NCBI GenBank assembly: GCA_048571215.1
Contig: CP182352.1
Span: forward strand, 2,624,001 to 2,688,000
Direction: 5' to 3'
Source: Halarcobacter sp.
Lineage (GTDB): Bacteria; Campylobacterota; Campylobacteria; Campylobacterales; Arcobacteraceae
Length of the DNA stretch: 64,000 bases
Positions 1 to 11,184 of the stretch are shown piece by piece (the first letter of the stretch is position 1; the number at the start of each line of letters is the position of its first letter). Below the pieces are notes generated by a model. It saw only the letters and a list, made by a program, of their open reading frames with translations, was not told the origin of the DNA and searched no databases. Both the position numbers and the translations under genes were made by a program.

Positions 1-1448
1 AAGTTGGGGATACTATCCCTGTAATGTTAATGGGAAATAAAGGTGAAAGACCATCTATTTCTTATAAAAAAGTTTTACAAAAAGAAAAATTCGATGCTTT
101 TGTTAAAGAGCATGGTGAAGATGTAGAAGATATCACTATTGAAGGTAAAATCATCTCTGTAAAAAATAGAGGTGGATTTATAATAGAAGATGATTCTGGA
201 TTAGAATATTTTATGCCAATGGCGCAATCATATTTAAAAACACATGGAGCAGTTGGTAAAAAAGTAAAAGCAAAAGTTTTAAAAGTAAATGCTACACAAA
301 ACTCTATAATAGTTTCAAGAAAAAAACTTATTGAAGAATCTAAATTACAAAAAGATACAAAAGTTAAAGAGATTTTAGAAAATAACGAACCAATTATTGG
401 TACAGTTAAAAAAATCACATCTTATGGTATGTTTATTGATTTAGGTGGAATTGATGGTTTAGTAAACTATAATGAGATCTCTTATAAGGGACCTGTAAAT
501 CCAGCTAACTACTATAATGAAGGTGATGAAGTTTCTGTTATTGTACTATCTTATGATAAAGAAAAACAACACTTAAGCCTATCAATAAAAGCTGCACTTC
601 CTAATCCATGGGAAGAGATTAAAGATGAATTAGAAGTTGGTGATACTATTACTGTTACTGTTTCTAACTTTGAATCTTATGGGGCATTTGTTGATTTAGG
701 AAATGATATTGAAGGTTTATTACATATTTCTGAAATTTCATGGAATAAAAATGTAAAAAATCCAAAAGATTTATTAACTTTAGGTGATGAAATTAATGTT
801 GAAGTTATTGAGCTTAATGTTGAACAAAAAAGATTAAGAGTTAGTTTAAAAAATCTTCAAGAAAAACCTTTTGCAAAATTTGTTAAAGAAAATAAAGTTG
901 GTGATATTGTTAAAGGTAAAATTGCAACACTTACTGACTTTGGTGCTTTTGTTACAATTGGAGAAGTTGATGGACTACTTCATAATGAAGAAGCTTCATG
1001 GGAATCTAATGCAAAATGTAAATCACTTTACAAAAAAGGTGATGAAGTAGAAGTTAAAATTATTAAAATTGATAGAGAAAAAGAAAATATCTCTTTATCA
1101 GTTAAAGAGATTGCTGATTCTCCTGCTAAAACTTTCCAAGATAACCACAAAATTGGTGATATTGTAAAAGGAACTGTTAAAGATAAAAAAGACTTTGGTA
1201 TCTTTATTAAACTTGTAGATAATTTAGATGGTCTTATTAGAAACGAAGATTTTGGTCCTTTAGATTTAGAAGAGATTAAAGTTGGAGATGAGCTTGAAGC
1301 TGTTGTTGTAAATATTGATGTTAAGAAAAATAGAGTTAGATTATCAATCAAAAGATTAGAGCAACAACAAGAAAGAGAGATGCTTAAAGCTGTTAATGAT
1401 GATTCATCAATGACTTTAGGTGATTTATTAAAAGATCAAATGAAATAA
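1..1448 (+). CDS. rpsA: 30S ribosomal protein S1 (5' truncated by window edge)
   Basis: Tandem S1 domains (YGMFIDLGGIDGLV, YGAFVDLGNDIEGLLHISEISW, FGAFV..DGLLH); frame is open back to position 3. Confidence 0.97.
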   Translation, partial: VGDTIPVMLMGNKGERPSISYKKVLQKEKFDAFVKEHGEDVEDITIEGKIISVKNRGGFIIEDDSGLEYFMPMAQSYLKTHGAVGKKVKAKVLKVNATQNSIIVSRKKLIEESKLQKDTKVKEILENNEPIIGTVKKITSYGMFIDLGGIDGLVNYNEISYKGPVNPANYYNEGDEVSVIVLSYDKEKQHLSLSIKAALPNPWEEIKDELEVGDTITVTVSNFESYGAFVDLGNDIEGLLHISEISWNKNVKNPKDLLTLGDEINVEVIELNVEQKRLRVSLKNLQEKPFAKFVKENKVGDIVKGKIATLTDFGAFVTIGEVDGLLHNEEASWESNAKCKSLYKKGDEVEVKIIKIDREKENISLSVKEIADSPAKTFQDNHKIGDIVKGTVKDKKDFGIFIKLVDNLDGLIRNEDFGPLDLEEIKVGDELEAVVVNIDVKKNRVRLSIKRLEQQQEREMLKAVNDDSSMTLGDLLKDQMK

Positions 1449-1465
1449 TTTAAGGAATTTTATAA

Positions 1466-3052
1466 ATGAGTAAACATACTATTGTAGTTTGCGATCATAT
1501 CCATGAAGATGGTTTAAATATCTTAAAAACTTGTGAAGATGTTAACTATGTTTATGCAGCAGATATTGACAAAACAGCCTTACTAGATGTAATAAAAGAT
1601 GCAGATGTTGCAATTACAAGAAGTTCAACAGATGTAGATGAAAAATTTTTAAATGCAGCAACTAACCTAAAAGCAGTTATCAGAGCTGGAGTTGGTTATG
1701 ATAATGTTAATATGGAAGGGTGTAGCAAAAGAGGAATTATTGCAATGAATGTTCCAACTGCAAACACAATTGCTGCAGTTGAACTTACTATGACACATAT
1801 GTTATCTTGTATGAGAAAATTTCCTTATGCACATAACCAATTAAAACAAGATAGAATTTGGAAAAGAGAAGACTGGTATGGTAGAGAGCTTTTCGGGAAA
1901 AAACTTGGAGTTATTGGTTTTGGAAATATTGGACATAGAGTAGCACTAAGAGCCAAATCATTTGAAATGGATGTAGTAACATACGATCCATATATTCCTT
2001 CAACAAAAGCAACTGATTTAGGTGTTACATACACTACAAATTTTGACGATATTTTAGCTTGTGATATAATCACTATCCATACTCCAAAAAATCAAGAAAC
2101 TATTGATATGATTGGTGAAGAAGAGATTTCTAAAATGAAAGATGGGGTTATCTTAATAAACTGTGCAAGAGGTGGTTTATATAATGAAGATGCCTTATAT
2201 AACAATTTAAAATCTGGAAAAATTTCAATGGCAGGAATTGATGTATTTAAAAAAGAGCCAGCTATTGATAATAAACTTTTAGATTTACCAAATATCACAG
2301 TAACTGCTCACCTAGGAGCAAATACAAAAGAGTCTCAAAAGAAAATTGCGATACAAGCTGCACAAAATGCTATTGAATCTGCAAGGGGAATCTCATATCC
2401 TAATGCTCTTAACCTTCCAATTGATGAGAGTAAAATCCCATCATTTGTAAAACCGTATATTGAGTTAACTCAAAAAATGGCATTTTTAAGTGCACAATTA
2501 GATAAATCTCCAATTAGATCTATCTCGGTGTGTGCCCAAGGAGATATCACTGAATATCTTGATTCATTAACTACTTTTGCAACTGTTGGAGCATTGAGTG
2601 TTTCAGCAGGGGATGAAGTGAATTATGTAAATGCTAAATTCTTAGCAGAAGAGAAAGGTATCACTTTTGAAACTTCTGAAATGAAACATACTTCAGGGTA
2701 TAGTAATAAAGTGACTCTAAAAATTACAACTGAAAAAAGAGTAAATACAATATCTGGTACAGTATTTGATGATAATGTACAAAGAATTGTAGACCTAGAT
2801 GGATTTGATTTTGATATTGAACCTAAGGGTAAAATGATAATGATGAGAAACAATGATGTCCCTGGCGTTATTGGTGCAGTTGGTAAACTTTTAGGAGATA
2901 GAGAAATAAATATCTCTGACTTTAGACTTGCTCGTGGTAAAAATAATGATGCACTTGCAATTATCTTAGTTGATGGCATAGTAAATAACAAACTTTTAGA
3001 TGAAATCAGCAATTTAGAAGCTGCAATTGCAGTTTCATATGCAGAAATTTAA
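1466..3052 (+). CDS. serA: D-3-phosphoglycerate dehydrogenase
   Basis: RAGVGYDNV, GVIGFGNIG Rossmann motif, INCARGGL, HLGANT, C-terminal ACT (NNDVPGVIG); AAGGA SD. Confidence 0.96.
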   Translation: MSKHTIVVCDHIHEDGLNILKTCEDVNYVYAADIDKTALLDVIKDADVAITRSSTDVDEKFLNAATNLKAVIRAGVGYDNVNMEGCSKRGIIAMNVPTANTIAAVELTMTHMLSCMRKFPYAHNQLKQDRIWKREDWYGRELFGKKLGVIGFGNIGHRVALRAKSFEMDVVTYDPYIPSTKATDLGVTYTTNFDDILACDIITIHTPKNQETIDMIGEEEISKMKDGVILINCARGGLYNEDALYNNLKSGKISMAGIDVFKKEPAIDNKLLDLPNITVTAHLGANTKESQKKIAIQAAQNAIESARGISYPNALNLPIDESKIPSFVKPYIELTQKMAFLSAQLDKSPIRSISVCAQGDITEYLDSLTTFATVGALSVSAGDEVNYVNAKFLAEEKGITFETSEMKHTSGYSNKVTLKITTEKRVNTISGTVFDDNVQRIVDLDGFDFDIEPKGKMIMMRNNDVPGVIGAVGKLLGDREINISDFRLARGKNNDALAIILVDGIVNNKLLDEISNLEAAIAVSYAEI

Positions 3053-3064
3053 GGAGTAATTGAA

Positions 3065-3628
3065 ATGGCAAATATTTCAATGAGTGAACTAAAAAAAGGT
3101 CTTAAAATAGAACATGATGGTATTCCATATAAAATTGTAGAGTATCAACATGTAAAACCTGGTAAAGGTGCAGCATTTGTAAGATGTAAAATAAAATCAT
3201 TTTTAAATGGAAAAGTTATCGAAAGAACTTTCCATGCAGGAGACAAATGTCAAACTCCAGACCTACAACAAAGAACTATGCAGTTTTTATATGATGATGG
3301 TGAGATGATGCAATTTATGGATAATGAAAATTATGAACAAATTGGATTAACTCATGATCAAGTTGGTGATGCTGCTAAATGGATTATAGATGGGATGAGT
3401 GTTGATATGATGTTTTATAATGGAAACGCTATTACAGTTGAACCCCCAGCAACTGTAGAACTTAAAATCATAGAAACTCCACCTAACTTCAAGGGTGACT
3501 CACAAGGTGGTAAAAAGCCTGCTACACTTGAATCTGGTGCAGTTATCCAAATCCCTTTTCACCTAGTTGAAGGTGATAGTATCAAAGTTGATACTAAAAC
3601 GGGTGATTATTTAGAGAAGGTCAAGTAA
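3065..3628 (+). CDS. efp: Elongation factor P
   Basis: [21 protein letters not shown] motifs; AAGGAG SD. Confidence 0.98.
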   Translation: MANISMSELKKGLKIEHDGIPYKIVEYQHVKPGKGAAFVRCKIKSFLNGKVIERTFHAGDKCQTPDLQQRTMQFLYDDGEMMQFMDNENYEQIGLTHDQVGDAAKWIIDGMSVDMMFYNGNAITVEPPATVELKIIETPPNFKGDSQGGKKPATLESGAVIQIPFHLVEGDSIKVDTKTGDYLEKVK

Positions 3629-3634
3629 TCTGCC

Positions 3635-3757
3635 AAAAAGACAAAGCTTTGTCGTAATAACCTGCGATAAAGCTTTTTTTATTCACTCATTTACACTTGT
3701 AAACTCCCTCACAAAAAAAACTCTATCTTGGTTTTTACAACAAATCTTTATCTTTTT
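3635..3757. repeat. ~123 bp imperfect palindromic intergenic element (REP/MITE-like long hairpin)
   Basis: 3635-3662 matches the reverse complement of 3730-3757 at 24/28 positions; inner T-run/A-run pairing and central TTTAC-actt-GTAAA hairpin; lies between convergent genes. Confidence 0.7.
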
Positions 3758-3803
3758 TCCTATTTATTAATTCTTTAATATATTTTTCCCAATTTGTTTT
3801 AGT

Positions 3804-4145
3804 TTAAGGACCATTTTCTTTTATATTTAAATAATAAGTAAATACTATATAACATTCAAATAATATAAAAAATATATATGTATGATTCTCAATAGTAATA
3901 TCTATATCTAGTAACATATAATTAATTGCCAACCCAATTATTAAAGATATAATACTTAAAATGACAAATATATTAGTTTTGTATATTCTATCAAATATTT
4001 TATGTTGCAATATACTTACTAACAAGATTATAGGAACTGGTACTGTATAATCTTCAAAAAAAGAATTACTATAAAACAAAAAGGAAAGTAGATTCAAATT
4101 AATAATAAATAAAATAGAATGTATTAATAGATATAAATTATTCAA
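3804..4145 (-). CDS. Hypothetical small membrane protein
   Basis: 113 aa, about 4 hydrophobic segments, start overlaps the ribD end; no recognisable motif. Confidence 0.55.
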   Translation of the reverse strand: MNNLYLLIHSILFIINLNLLSFLFYSNSFFEDYTVPVPIILLVSILQHKIFDRIYKTNIFVILSIISLIIGLAINYMLLDIDITIENHTYIFFILFECYIVFTYYLNIKENGP

Positions 4146-5154
4146 AAGATAATTTCTCTAAATATATAATTTTTTCATTTCCAATAAAATTTTCATGAAC
4201 AATCTCAAAATCTATATCTATATTCTCATCTTCACAATTCATTCCAAATCTTATTTTAGGATTTACTATTAAAACTATATAATCTAATTTTTCTTTTAAT
4301 AGATTTAGAAGTTTATAACCACCTTCTACCATTACAAATTTATAATCTAATAGGTCAAGTATATTATCACTTATTTTTACTTCTCTATTTGGTATTTTAA
4401 AAAGTGGGATTTGTTTATCAAATACTTTTTTTTGTGAGTAGATAAGTATATTTGGTGCCCTTCCTGCTATATATCTAGCATCTAGAGTTGGTCTATCAGT
4501 TCTTACTGTATTTCCACCTATTGCTAGTAAGTCTAGTTTATCTCTTATTGCATGTACATATGCTTGTGAAGGATTTGCTGAGATTTTTCCATTTATGCTA
4601 CCATTTAGGGTTTGTGCCATTTTAAAGAAGATAAAACTTCCTTTTGTCCATTTTATAAATGGATATAAAAGCTCATATGCTTCTTTTTTCATACACCCTA
4701 CTTCTACCTCTATCTTTGCATCTTTTAGGGTTTGTATTCCACCTGAAGCTTCTTTATTTATATCTTCATGGGCTACGATTACTTTTTGGGGTTTTAACTC
4801 TTTTAAAAGTGAAGCACATGCTGGGGTTTTTCCTACATGATTACACGGTTCTAAGCTTACATATATAGTACAATCATTGAAAAAATTATTATGGTTTTTA
4901 ATCAAATATTCATGAATTTCATGGGAAGTTTTTTTTATTTTTAGTAAATCATTTGGGTTTTTTTTTAAATAAGCAGCTTTTAAAGCATTTACTTCTGCAT
5001 GGGCATGACCTGCTTCTTTATGAGCTTCTATTGCTAAAATCTCACCATTTTTTACAACTACACAACCAACAGCAGGATTTGGATAGGTTAAAAGTTGATA
5101 TTTCCAAGCTTCATCAATGGCTAACTTCATAAAGAAGTTATCATCAATTTTCAT
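4138..5154 (-). CDS. ribD: Riboflavin biosynthesis deaminase/reductase
   Basis: PNPAVGC, HAE, LEPCNHVGKTPAC zinc deaminase motifs; MVEGG reductase motif. Confidence 0.96.
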   Translation of the reverse strand: MKIDDNFFMKLAIDEAWKYQLLTYPNPAVGCVVVKNGEILAIEAHKEAGHAHAEVNALKAAYLKKNPNDLLKIKKTSHEIHEYLIKNHNNFFNDCTIYVSLEPCNHVGKTPACASLLKELKPQKVIVAHEDINKEASGGIQTLKDAKIEVEVGCMKKEAYELLYPFIKWTKGSFIFFKMAQTLNGSINGKISANPSQAYVHAIRDKLDLLAIGGNTVRTDRPTLDARYIAGRAPNILIYSQKKVFDKQIPLFKIPNREVKISDNILDLLDYKFVMVEGGYKLLNLLKEKLDYIVLIVNPKIRFGMNCEDENIDIDFEIVHENFIGNEKIIYLEKLSFE

Positions 5155-5165
5155 TTATGCTATCC

Positions 5166-5594
5166 CTACCACTCAAAATATGTTGATGCAGATGAGATTT
5201 CATCATATGTGATTATCTCTTCTCCATGTTCAGTTTTTACTTTTATTTCATTGTTATCAGCAAAAATAAGTTCACCTTTGATGATATTTTTATCAAAATC
5301 TTTTACTCTAATTTTTTCCCCAAGAGAGGATTTATAGTGTCTAGGGTTTTTTAGTTTTCTTTCAATACCAGGTGAGCTAACTTCTAGATTATAGTTACCA
5401 TTCATTGGTTCATCTAAATCCAAAATTGGTGATATCATTCTACTAACTTCAGCACATTTATCTAAATTTACACCATCTTTTGAAGTGATATATACTCTAT
5501 AAATATTTCTGTCATTCTCTTTAGTTGAAACAATATCATAAACTTGAGCACCACACCCTTCTACTGCTAATTCAATAGATTGTTCTAAATTCAT
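5166..5594 (-). CDS. rimP: Ribosome maturation factor RimP
   Basis: [14 protein letters not shown] motif; downstream of rbfA. Confidence 0.95.
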   Translation of the reverse strand: MNLEQSIELAVEGCGAQVYDIVSTKENDRNIYRVYITSKDGVNLDKCAEVSRMISPILDLDEPMNGNYNLEVSSPGIERKLKNPRHYKSSLGEKIRVKDFDKNIIKGELIFADNNEIKVKTEHGEEIITYDEISSASTYFEW

Positions 5595-5950
5595 GAGTCA
5601 CTCTTTTTTGATTTCTCTATTTTTCTAAATAAATCTTCTATATTTTTTGAATTTTCTAGGGAATTATCATTTACAAATTTAAATGTTGGACACTTATACC
5701 ATCCAGTTGCACTTAAAACATACGATTTTATTCTTCCATTTGCTTTTGTAAGTAATGAGATGATTTGAGGAATCTCTTTATTTGTAAAATCACTACCATC
5801 AAAATAAACAGTAGCATCATATTTACCATTTTTACAATTAACTCCTGTAATTGGTAAAGAGTTGATTCTACTGTCACTTAGAGTTGATAAAGCTTCTGGT
5901 ACCAACTCCATAAGTAGTGATTCTGTTCTTTGTAGATTTACACTTTTCAA
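5591..5950 (-). CDS. rbfA: Ribosome-binding factor A
   Basis: Follows infB; GWYKCP.F.F motif; TTG start. Confidence 0.9.
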   Translation of the reverse strand: MKSVNLQRTESLLMELVPEALSTLSDSRINSLPITGVNCKNGKYDATVYFDGSDFTNKEIPQIISLLTKANGRIKSYVLSATGWYKCPTFKFVNDNSLENSKNIEDLFRKIEKSKKSDS

Positions 5951-5961
5951 TATAAACTCAC

Positions 5962-8625
5962 TTAATTGTCGTCAATATGAACTTTTTCTTCTATTTGAAT
6001 GAATGTTTCGATGTAATCTCCAACCTTGATATCATTGAATTTCTCAAATATAATACCACATTCATAACCATTTGCAACCTCTTTAACATCATCTTTAAAT
6101 CTTTTTAGACTTGAGATTTTACCAGTATATGTTACAACACCATCTCTAATGATTCTTGCATGTCCACCTCTAATAACTTTACCATCAGTAACTAAACATC
6201 CTGCAACTGTTCCAACTTTTGGTACAACAAAAGTATCTCTAACTTCTGCTTGTCCTGTATTTTCTTCTCTAATAACTGCACTCATCATACCTGAAAGTGC
6301 ATCTTTAACATCATCAATCAAATCATAGATAATAGTATAAGTATTAATAGCAACACCATCTGCTTTTGCTTTACTTTTAACAGCCCCTGTTGGTCTTACA
6401 TTAAATCCAAGGATAATACACCCTTCACTAGCACTTGCAAGTACTAAGTCTGATTCTGTAATACCACCAACACCTGCATGGATAACTTTTACTTTTACTT
6501 CTTCATTTTGGATTTTTTCTAATGAACCTTTAATAGCTTCTAAAGAACCACCAACATCAGTTTTAATAATAACTGGAAGTTGTTTGATTTTTCCTTCTGC
6601 TATAAGTCCACTCATCTCTTCAAGTGATACTTTTGTAGATTTACTTAACTCTTTAGCTCTTGCATGTTCAGCTCTAGTTGTAGCAATCTCTCTTGCTTCT
6701 TTATCACTATCTTGAGTAACCATAACCGAACCAGCTGCAGGAACATCATTTAATCCTAGAATATTACCAGTTTCAGATAAACCAAGCTTTTTAACAGCTT
6801 GTCCCATATCATTTGTAATTGCTTTAACTCTACCATAAGTTGTATCACAAACAATATTATCTCCAACTTTTAACTCACCATTTTGAACAATAACAGTCGC
6901 AACTGGACCTCTACCTTTTTCAAGTGAAGACTCAACAACAGTAGCTTTTGCTTTTGCAGTTGGATCAGCTTCAAGCTCCAAAATTTCAGCTTGTAAAAGG
7001 ATGTTTTCAAGTAAATCATCAATACCTTGACCAGTTAATGCAGAAACGCCAATAAACTCAACATCTCCACCCCAATCTACTGGTGTCATCTCTTTTTCAG
7101 CCATTTGTGCTTTTACCATATCAACATTAGCACTCTCTTTATCAATTTTGTTTACTGCAACAATAATTGGACATCCAGAAGCTTTTGCATGAGAGATAAC
7201 CTCTTCAGTTTGTGGTTTAACTCCATCATCAGCAGCAACAACAATGATAATAATATCAGTAACACTAGCACCTCTTAATCTCATAGATGAAAATGCTTCG
7301 TGACCTGGAGTATCTACAAAAGTGATTTTCTCACCATTTTTTTCTATAGTATAAGATGAGATATGTTGTGTAATTCCACCAGCTTCACCTGATGCAATTT
7401 TTGAAGATCTAATTTTATCAAGAAGTGATGTTTTACCATGGTCAACATGTCCCATTATTGTAACCACTGGAGGTCTTTTTACAAAGTTAGTATGATCAAT
7501 CTCTTCATCAAGATACTCTTCAACATAATTAACATCTTCTAAAGCATCTTTTACAGTTACTTCAATATCAAACTCTTCCCCAAGAATCTCTAATTCATCT
7601 TGTTTTAAGAAGTCATTTTTAGTAACCATCATACCAAGACCAAATAATACAGATATTACTTCAGATGGCGACTTACCACAAGCCTCAGCAAATTCATAAA
7701 CTCTGATATCTTCAGGTATTGTTACCTCTGTAATTACTACATCTTCTTTTTGTTGTCTAACTCTTTTTTTCCTTTTACCTCTTTTTAAACCTTGTGGTCT
7801 ATTTCCAAAAGCAGCAGGTTTTGAGCTTCGTGTTTGTTTATTATTGTTATTATTATTTGCAGGTTTTTGATCTTCAAATAGTTTTGATGTATCAGTTAAT
7901 CCCATATCAAGTAAAACAACCTCTTCACCTAATAAAGACTCGTCACTATTATTTGAAAACTCTTTAGGATCTCTTTGTATCTCAATCACCTTGCCATGTT
8001 CATGAGCTTTTGCAATACTTTTCTTTTTTTCTTTTTTCTTAGCATTTGATACTTTTGCATCTTCAGATTTTTTTTCTTGAGTAGAATCTTGTGTATCATT
8101 GTTACCTAAAATCTCACTTAAAGATTTCATTGCTCTTTTTGATTGAGGTTCAGAATTTATTGTATTTTTATTTTCATTAATAGTTTCAGTAGGCTCAGGT
8201 CTAGGTTTTCTTTTTTTGATTATTTTTAAACCTCTTCTCTTAGGTATAATCTTAGAAGGTGAAACAGTTTTTAAAGGTTTTGGCTCTTTTGGTGCCTCTT
8301 TTTTAACTTCACTGTCTTTTTGAGTCTTCTCTTCAGTTTGTGTAGTTGTTTTTACAACTTCTTCTTTTTTAGAGTCAACACTTTTAGTCTCTTCTTTTAT
8401 CTCTTTTTTCTCTTCAGCTTTTTTTATTTTTGCTACTGGTTTTTTAGTAAGTTTCTTACTTTTACCAGTCATTATATAGTTTGCTATCTCTTCTGCATCT
8501 TCAAATGAAACCGCGCTTTGAGGTGATTTAAGATCAATTCCTAAATCTTTAGCTTTCGCTATTACCTCATTACTATTAGCTCCCGCTTCTTCTGCAATTT
8601 CATATACTCTTACATTATCTGACAT
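5962..8625 (-). CDS. infB: Translation initiation factor IF-2
   Basis: [30 protein letters not shown]. Confidence 0.99.
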   Translation of the reverse strand: MSDNVRVYEIAEEAGANSNEVIAKAKDLGIDLKSPQSAVSFEDAEEIANYIMTGKSKKLTKKPVAKIKKAEEKKEIKEETKSVDSKKEEVVKTTTQTEEKTQKDSEVKKEAPKEPKPLKTVSPSKIIPKRRGLKIIKKRKPRPEPTETINENKNTINSEPQSKRAMKSLSEILGNNDTQDSTQEKKSEDAKVSNAKKKEKKKSIAKAHEHGKVIEIQRDPKEFSNNSDESLLGEEVVLLDMGLTDTSKLFEDQKPANNNNNNKQTRSSKPAAFGNRPQGLKRGKRKKRVRQQKEDVVITEVTIPEDIRVYEFAEACGKSPSEVISVLFGLGMMVTKNDFLKQDELEILGEEFDIEVTVKDALEDVNYVEEYLDEEIDHTNFVKRPPVVTIMGHVDHGKTSLLDKIRSSKIASGEAGGITQHISSYTIEKNGEKITFVDTPGHEAFSSMRLRGASVTDIIIIVVAADDGVKPQTEEVISHAKASGCPIIVAVNKIDKESANVDMVKAQMAEKEMTPVDWGGDVEFIGVSALTGQGIDDLLENILLQAEILELEADPTAKAKATVVESSLEKGRGPVATVIVQNGELKVGDNIVCDTTYGRVKAITNDMGQAVKKLGLSETGNILGLNDVPAAGSVMVTQDSDKEAREIATTRAEHARAKELSKSTKVSLEEMSGLIAEGKIKQLPVIIKTDVGGSLEAIKGSLEKIQNEEVKVKVIHAGVGGITESDLVLASASEGCIILGFNVRPTGAVKSKAKADGVAINTYTIIYDLIDDVKDALSGMMSAVIREENTGQAEVRDTFVVPKVGTVAGCLVTDGKVIRGGHARIIRDGVVTYTGKISSLKRFKDDVKEVANGYECGIIFEKFNDIKVGDYIETFIQIEEKVHIDDN

Positions 8626-8893
8626 GCGTTAATATCTCCTTAAGTTGTCCTATGTAGTCATCTTTATTTTTACACTCTCTGAAAAGTGTTTTTTCTATCT
8701 TTTTGTAATCTTTTTGATTGCTTTGTGAATGCTCAATATTAGAAATACAATTACCACAGATATAAAAACTTCTACCATTACCATCAAATGATATAAGTTT
8801 TTTATCTTTACACATTAAACGTACCATCTCATTTTGCTCTAGTTTTGCTCTACAACAAATACACGTTCGTATAGGTTTTTTCAAAATAGTCAA
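8615..8893 (-). CDS. YlxR/DUF448 family RNA-binding protein
   Basis: PIRTCICCR and [10 protein letters not shown]; immediately upstream of infB. Confidence 0.88.
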   Translation of the reverse strand: MTILKKPIRTCICCRAKLEQNEMVRLMCKDKKLISFDGNGRSFYICGNCISNIEHSQSNQKDYKKIEKTLFRECKNKDDYIGQLKEILTHVR

Positions 8894-8927
8894 TATTATA
8901 CCTAAATATAACTTAAATTAGTAAAGT

Positions 8928-9809
8928 TTAATCATCTACTCTAATTCCTTCATTATCAAAGTGAGATGACACAACTCTAAAATGAGGGAATTTTTTCTTT
9001 AATGCATTTTCAATTCTTTGACAATCTTCTTTGTAGCAGATTGAAAAAAGAGTTGAACCTGAACCTGAAAGTGTACTCATTAGCGAACCATTTTGCAATG
9101 ATGTTTTTTGCACATCAAAAAGTTCTGGCATCTGTTTCATTCTATATTCTTGATGAAACCTATCCATTGAAGCAACTTTTAACATATCCCAGTTTTCACT
9201 CATAAATGCTGCTGCCAATAAAGAAGAGTGTGAAATATTATATACTGCATCTTCTTTTGAGTATTTATAAGGTAAGGCCTTTCTTGCCATATGTGTAGAG
9301 ATTGGTCTATTTGGGATAACAACAACAGCTCTTAAACTGTTTGGCATACTTTTTTTTATATAATTTACTTCATTATCTTTTACTGTTGCTACATTAAATC
9401 CACCCATGACAGCTGGTGTAATATTATCTGGATGATGTTCATAAGCCAAAGCTAAATTAAGTAATTTATCTTTTGCTAACTTTATGCCTTCTATTGCGTA
9501 TGCACTTGCAATCGCACTAACTATAACAGCAGATGAACTTCCTAAACCTCTTGAAAGTGGTATTTCATTTACAAATTCAAACCTAAAGTGTCTTTTTTTA
9601 TGTGATAAATTAAAATAAAAATCATTAAAAATTGAGATAAACATATTATTATCTTTTAGTGCGGGATTATTTGCTCCCTCACCTTTTAATGAAACACTAT
9701 GAAATTTTGATGGTTTAATTATTACTTGATTTTTAAGTCCAATTGCTAAACCTAAAGTATCAAATCCTGGTCCTAAATTTGCACTTGTCGCGGGAACACT
9801 TATTCTCAC
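8928..9809 (-). CDS. thrB: Homoserine kinase
   Basis: [35 protein letters not shown]. Confidence 0.97.
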   Translation of the reverse strand: MRISVPATSANLGPGFDTLGLAIGLKNQVIIKPSKFHSVSLKGEGANNPALKDNNMFISIFNDFYFNLSHKKRHFRFEFVNEIPLSRGLGSSSAVIVSAIASAYAIEGIKLAKDKLLNLALAYEHHPDNITPAVMGGFNVATVKDNEVNYIKKSMPNSLRAVVVIPNRPISTHMARKALPYKYSKEDAVYNISHSSLLAAAFMSENWDMLKVASMDRFHQEYRMKQMPELFDVQKTSLQNGSLMSTLSGSGSTLFSICYKEDCQRIENALKKKFPHFRVVSSHFDNEGIRVDD

Positions 9810-9819
9810 TATTTTCCTT

Positions 9820-10272
9820 TTACACTGCTGGCAGATTATATATTGGTAATGTTTCTAAAGAGTATTTTAAACTATTTAAAACATTAGGCAATTTAAAGTC
9901 GTGTATCTTACTGTTATTTTCTAAAAAATCTACTTTAACGTTTTCATCTTCATTGATAAAATATTTTTTTCCTAAAGCTTTTATAGGTGAGTTTTGATTA
10001 AATAAAAACCCACTACAGGCTCTTAGTTCAATTTTATTCACTATAGATATAGTTTTTAAAAAAACATATGAAACCTTTATAGACATATAAGAACCTGGAG
10101 TATTTACATAATATATTATATCTATTTTATACTCTTTTAATATCTCTTCAAATACAAGAGGCAATACCTCTGAGGTCATACCACTATTTTCATATGTTTT
10201 AATAAGATTTTTATTTTCATAAATACCTATTAATAATGGTTGTGAAATACTTATAACTAAAACTTCTATCAA
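9820..10272 (-). CDS. Short TsaB-like (glycoprotease family) protein
   Basis: [13 protein letters not shown] resembles the TsaB GPGSFTG motif; C-terminal PIY; position between lpxC and thrB. Confidence 0.75.
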   Translation of the reverse strand: MIEVLVISISQPLLIGIYENKNLIKTYENSGMTSEVLPLVFEEILKEYKIDIIYYVNTPGSYMSIKVSYVFLKTISIVNKIELRACSGFLFNQNSPIKALGKKYFINEDENVKVDFLENNSKIHDFKLPNVLNSLKYSLETLPIYNLPAV

Positions 10273-10281
10273 TAAAAAACC

Positions 10282-11184
10282 TTAACTTTCCACTTTAGAG
10301 TATGCCATTTCAAACACTTCAGCCTCTTTTGAAGCCTCTTCTAAATCTATTATTTCATAATTTTCTTCATTTTCATAAAGTTTTTTTGTAAGAAGATGAT
10401 TTAGATGGTGGCTTCCTGCATGGGCACCATATTCACCAACTAAAGTATATCCCAATAAAGCCATATCACCTATGGCGTCTAAAATTTTATGCCTTACAAA
10501 CTCATCATCATATCTAAGTCCTTCAGGATTTAAAACCTTGGTTTGGTCTAATACAATTGCATTTTCCATACTACCACCCAAAGCTAGTCCCATACTTCTT
10601 AAATATTGAACTTCATGCAAAAATCCAAAAGTTCTTGCCCGACTTATATTCTCTTTATATTCAGAGATTGAATAATCAAAATGAAAATTTTGTTTACCAA
10701 TTGCTGGATGTTCAAAATCAATTGAGAAATCATAGATAATATGATTTGATGGTTTTAAAGCTACCCTTTTACCATCCACTAAAACCTCAACTTCTTTTTT
10801 CACTTTAATTGCTTTCTTAGAACTTTCTAACTCTTTTATTCCCGCTTCATCTATTAACATACAATAACCTGAAGAACTACCATCAAGTACGGGAACTTCG
10901 TCATTGTCTATAATAACTCTTAGATTATCAATTCCATAAGCATAAACAGCAGATAAAAGATGTTCAATAGTTGAAACCACCACTCCATCCTTGCCTATTA
11001 CTGTAGCCATTTTTGTATCAACTACATTTTCTATTTTCAGCGGAATAGTTACCCCTGCATCACTTCTGTAAAAGATTATTCCCATATTAGAATCCAAAGG
11101 TTCTAATCTCATTTTTACAGGAACACCTTTATGAAGTCCAATTCCTACTATATCAACACTTTTTGCTATTGTTCTTTGTCTCAT
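10282..11184 (-). CDS. lpxC: UDP-3-O-acyl-N-acetylglucosamine deacetylase
   Basis: GIGLHKG, TIEHLLSA, DGSS, ARTFGF, RHKILDAIGD. Confidence 0.98.
   Translation of the reverse strand: MRQRTIAKSVDIVGIGLHKGVPVKMRLEPLDSNMGIIFYRSDAGVTIPLKIENVVDTKMATVIGKDGVVVSTIEHLLSAVYAYGIDNLRVIIDNDEVPVLDGSSSGYCMLIDEAGIKELESSKKAIKVKKEVEVLVDGKRVALKPSNHIIYDFSIDFEHPAIGKQNFHFDYSISEYKENISRARTFGFLHEVQYLRSMGLALGGSMENAIVLDQTKVLNPEGLRYDDEFVRHKILDAIGDMALLGYTLVGEYGAHAGSHHLNHLLTKKLYENEENYEIIDLEEASKEAEVFEMAYSKVES

Noticed and set aside
62..1351. Antisense ORFs within rpsA, and similar short shadow ORFs across the window
   Set aside because: They lie within well-supported genes, mostly on the opposite strand, have no motifs, and are expected from codon bias
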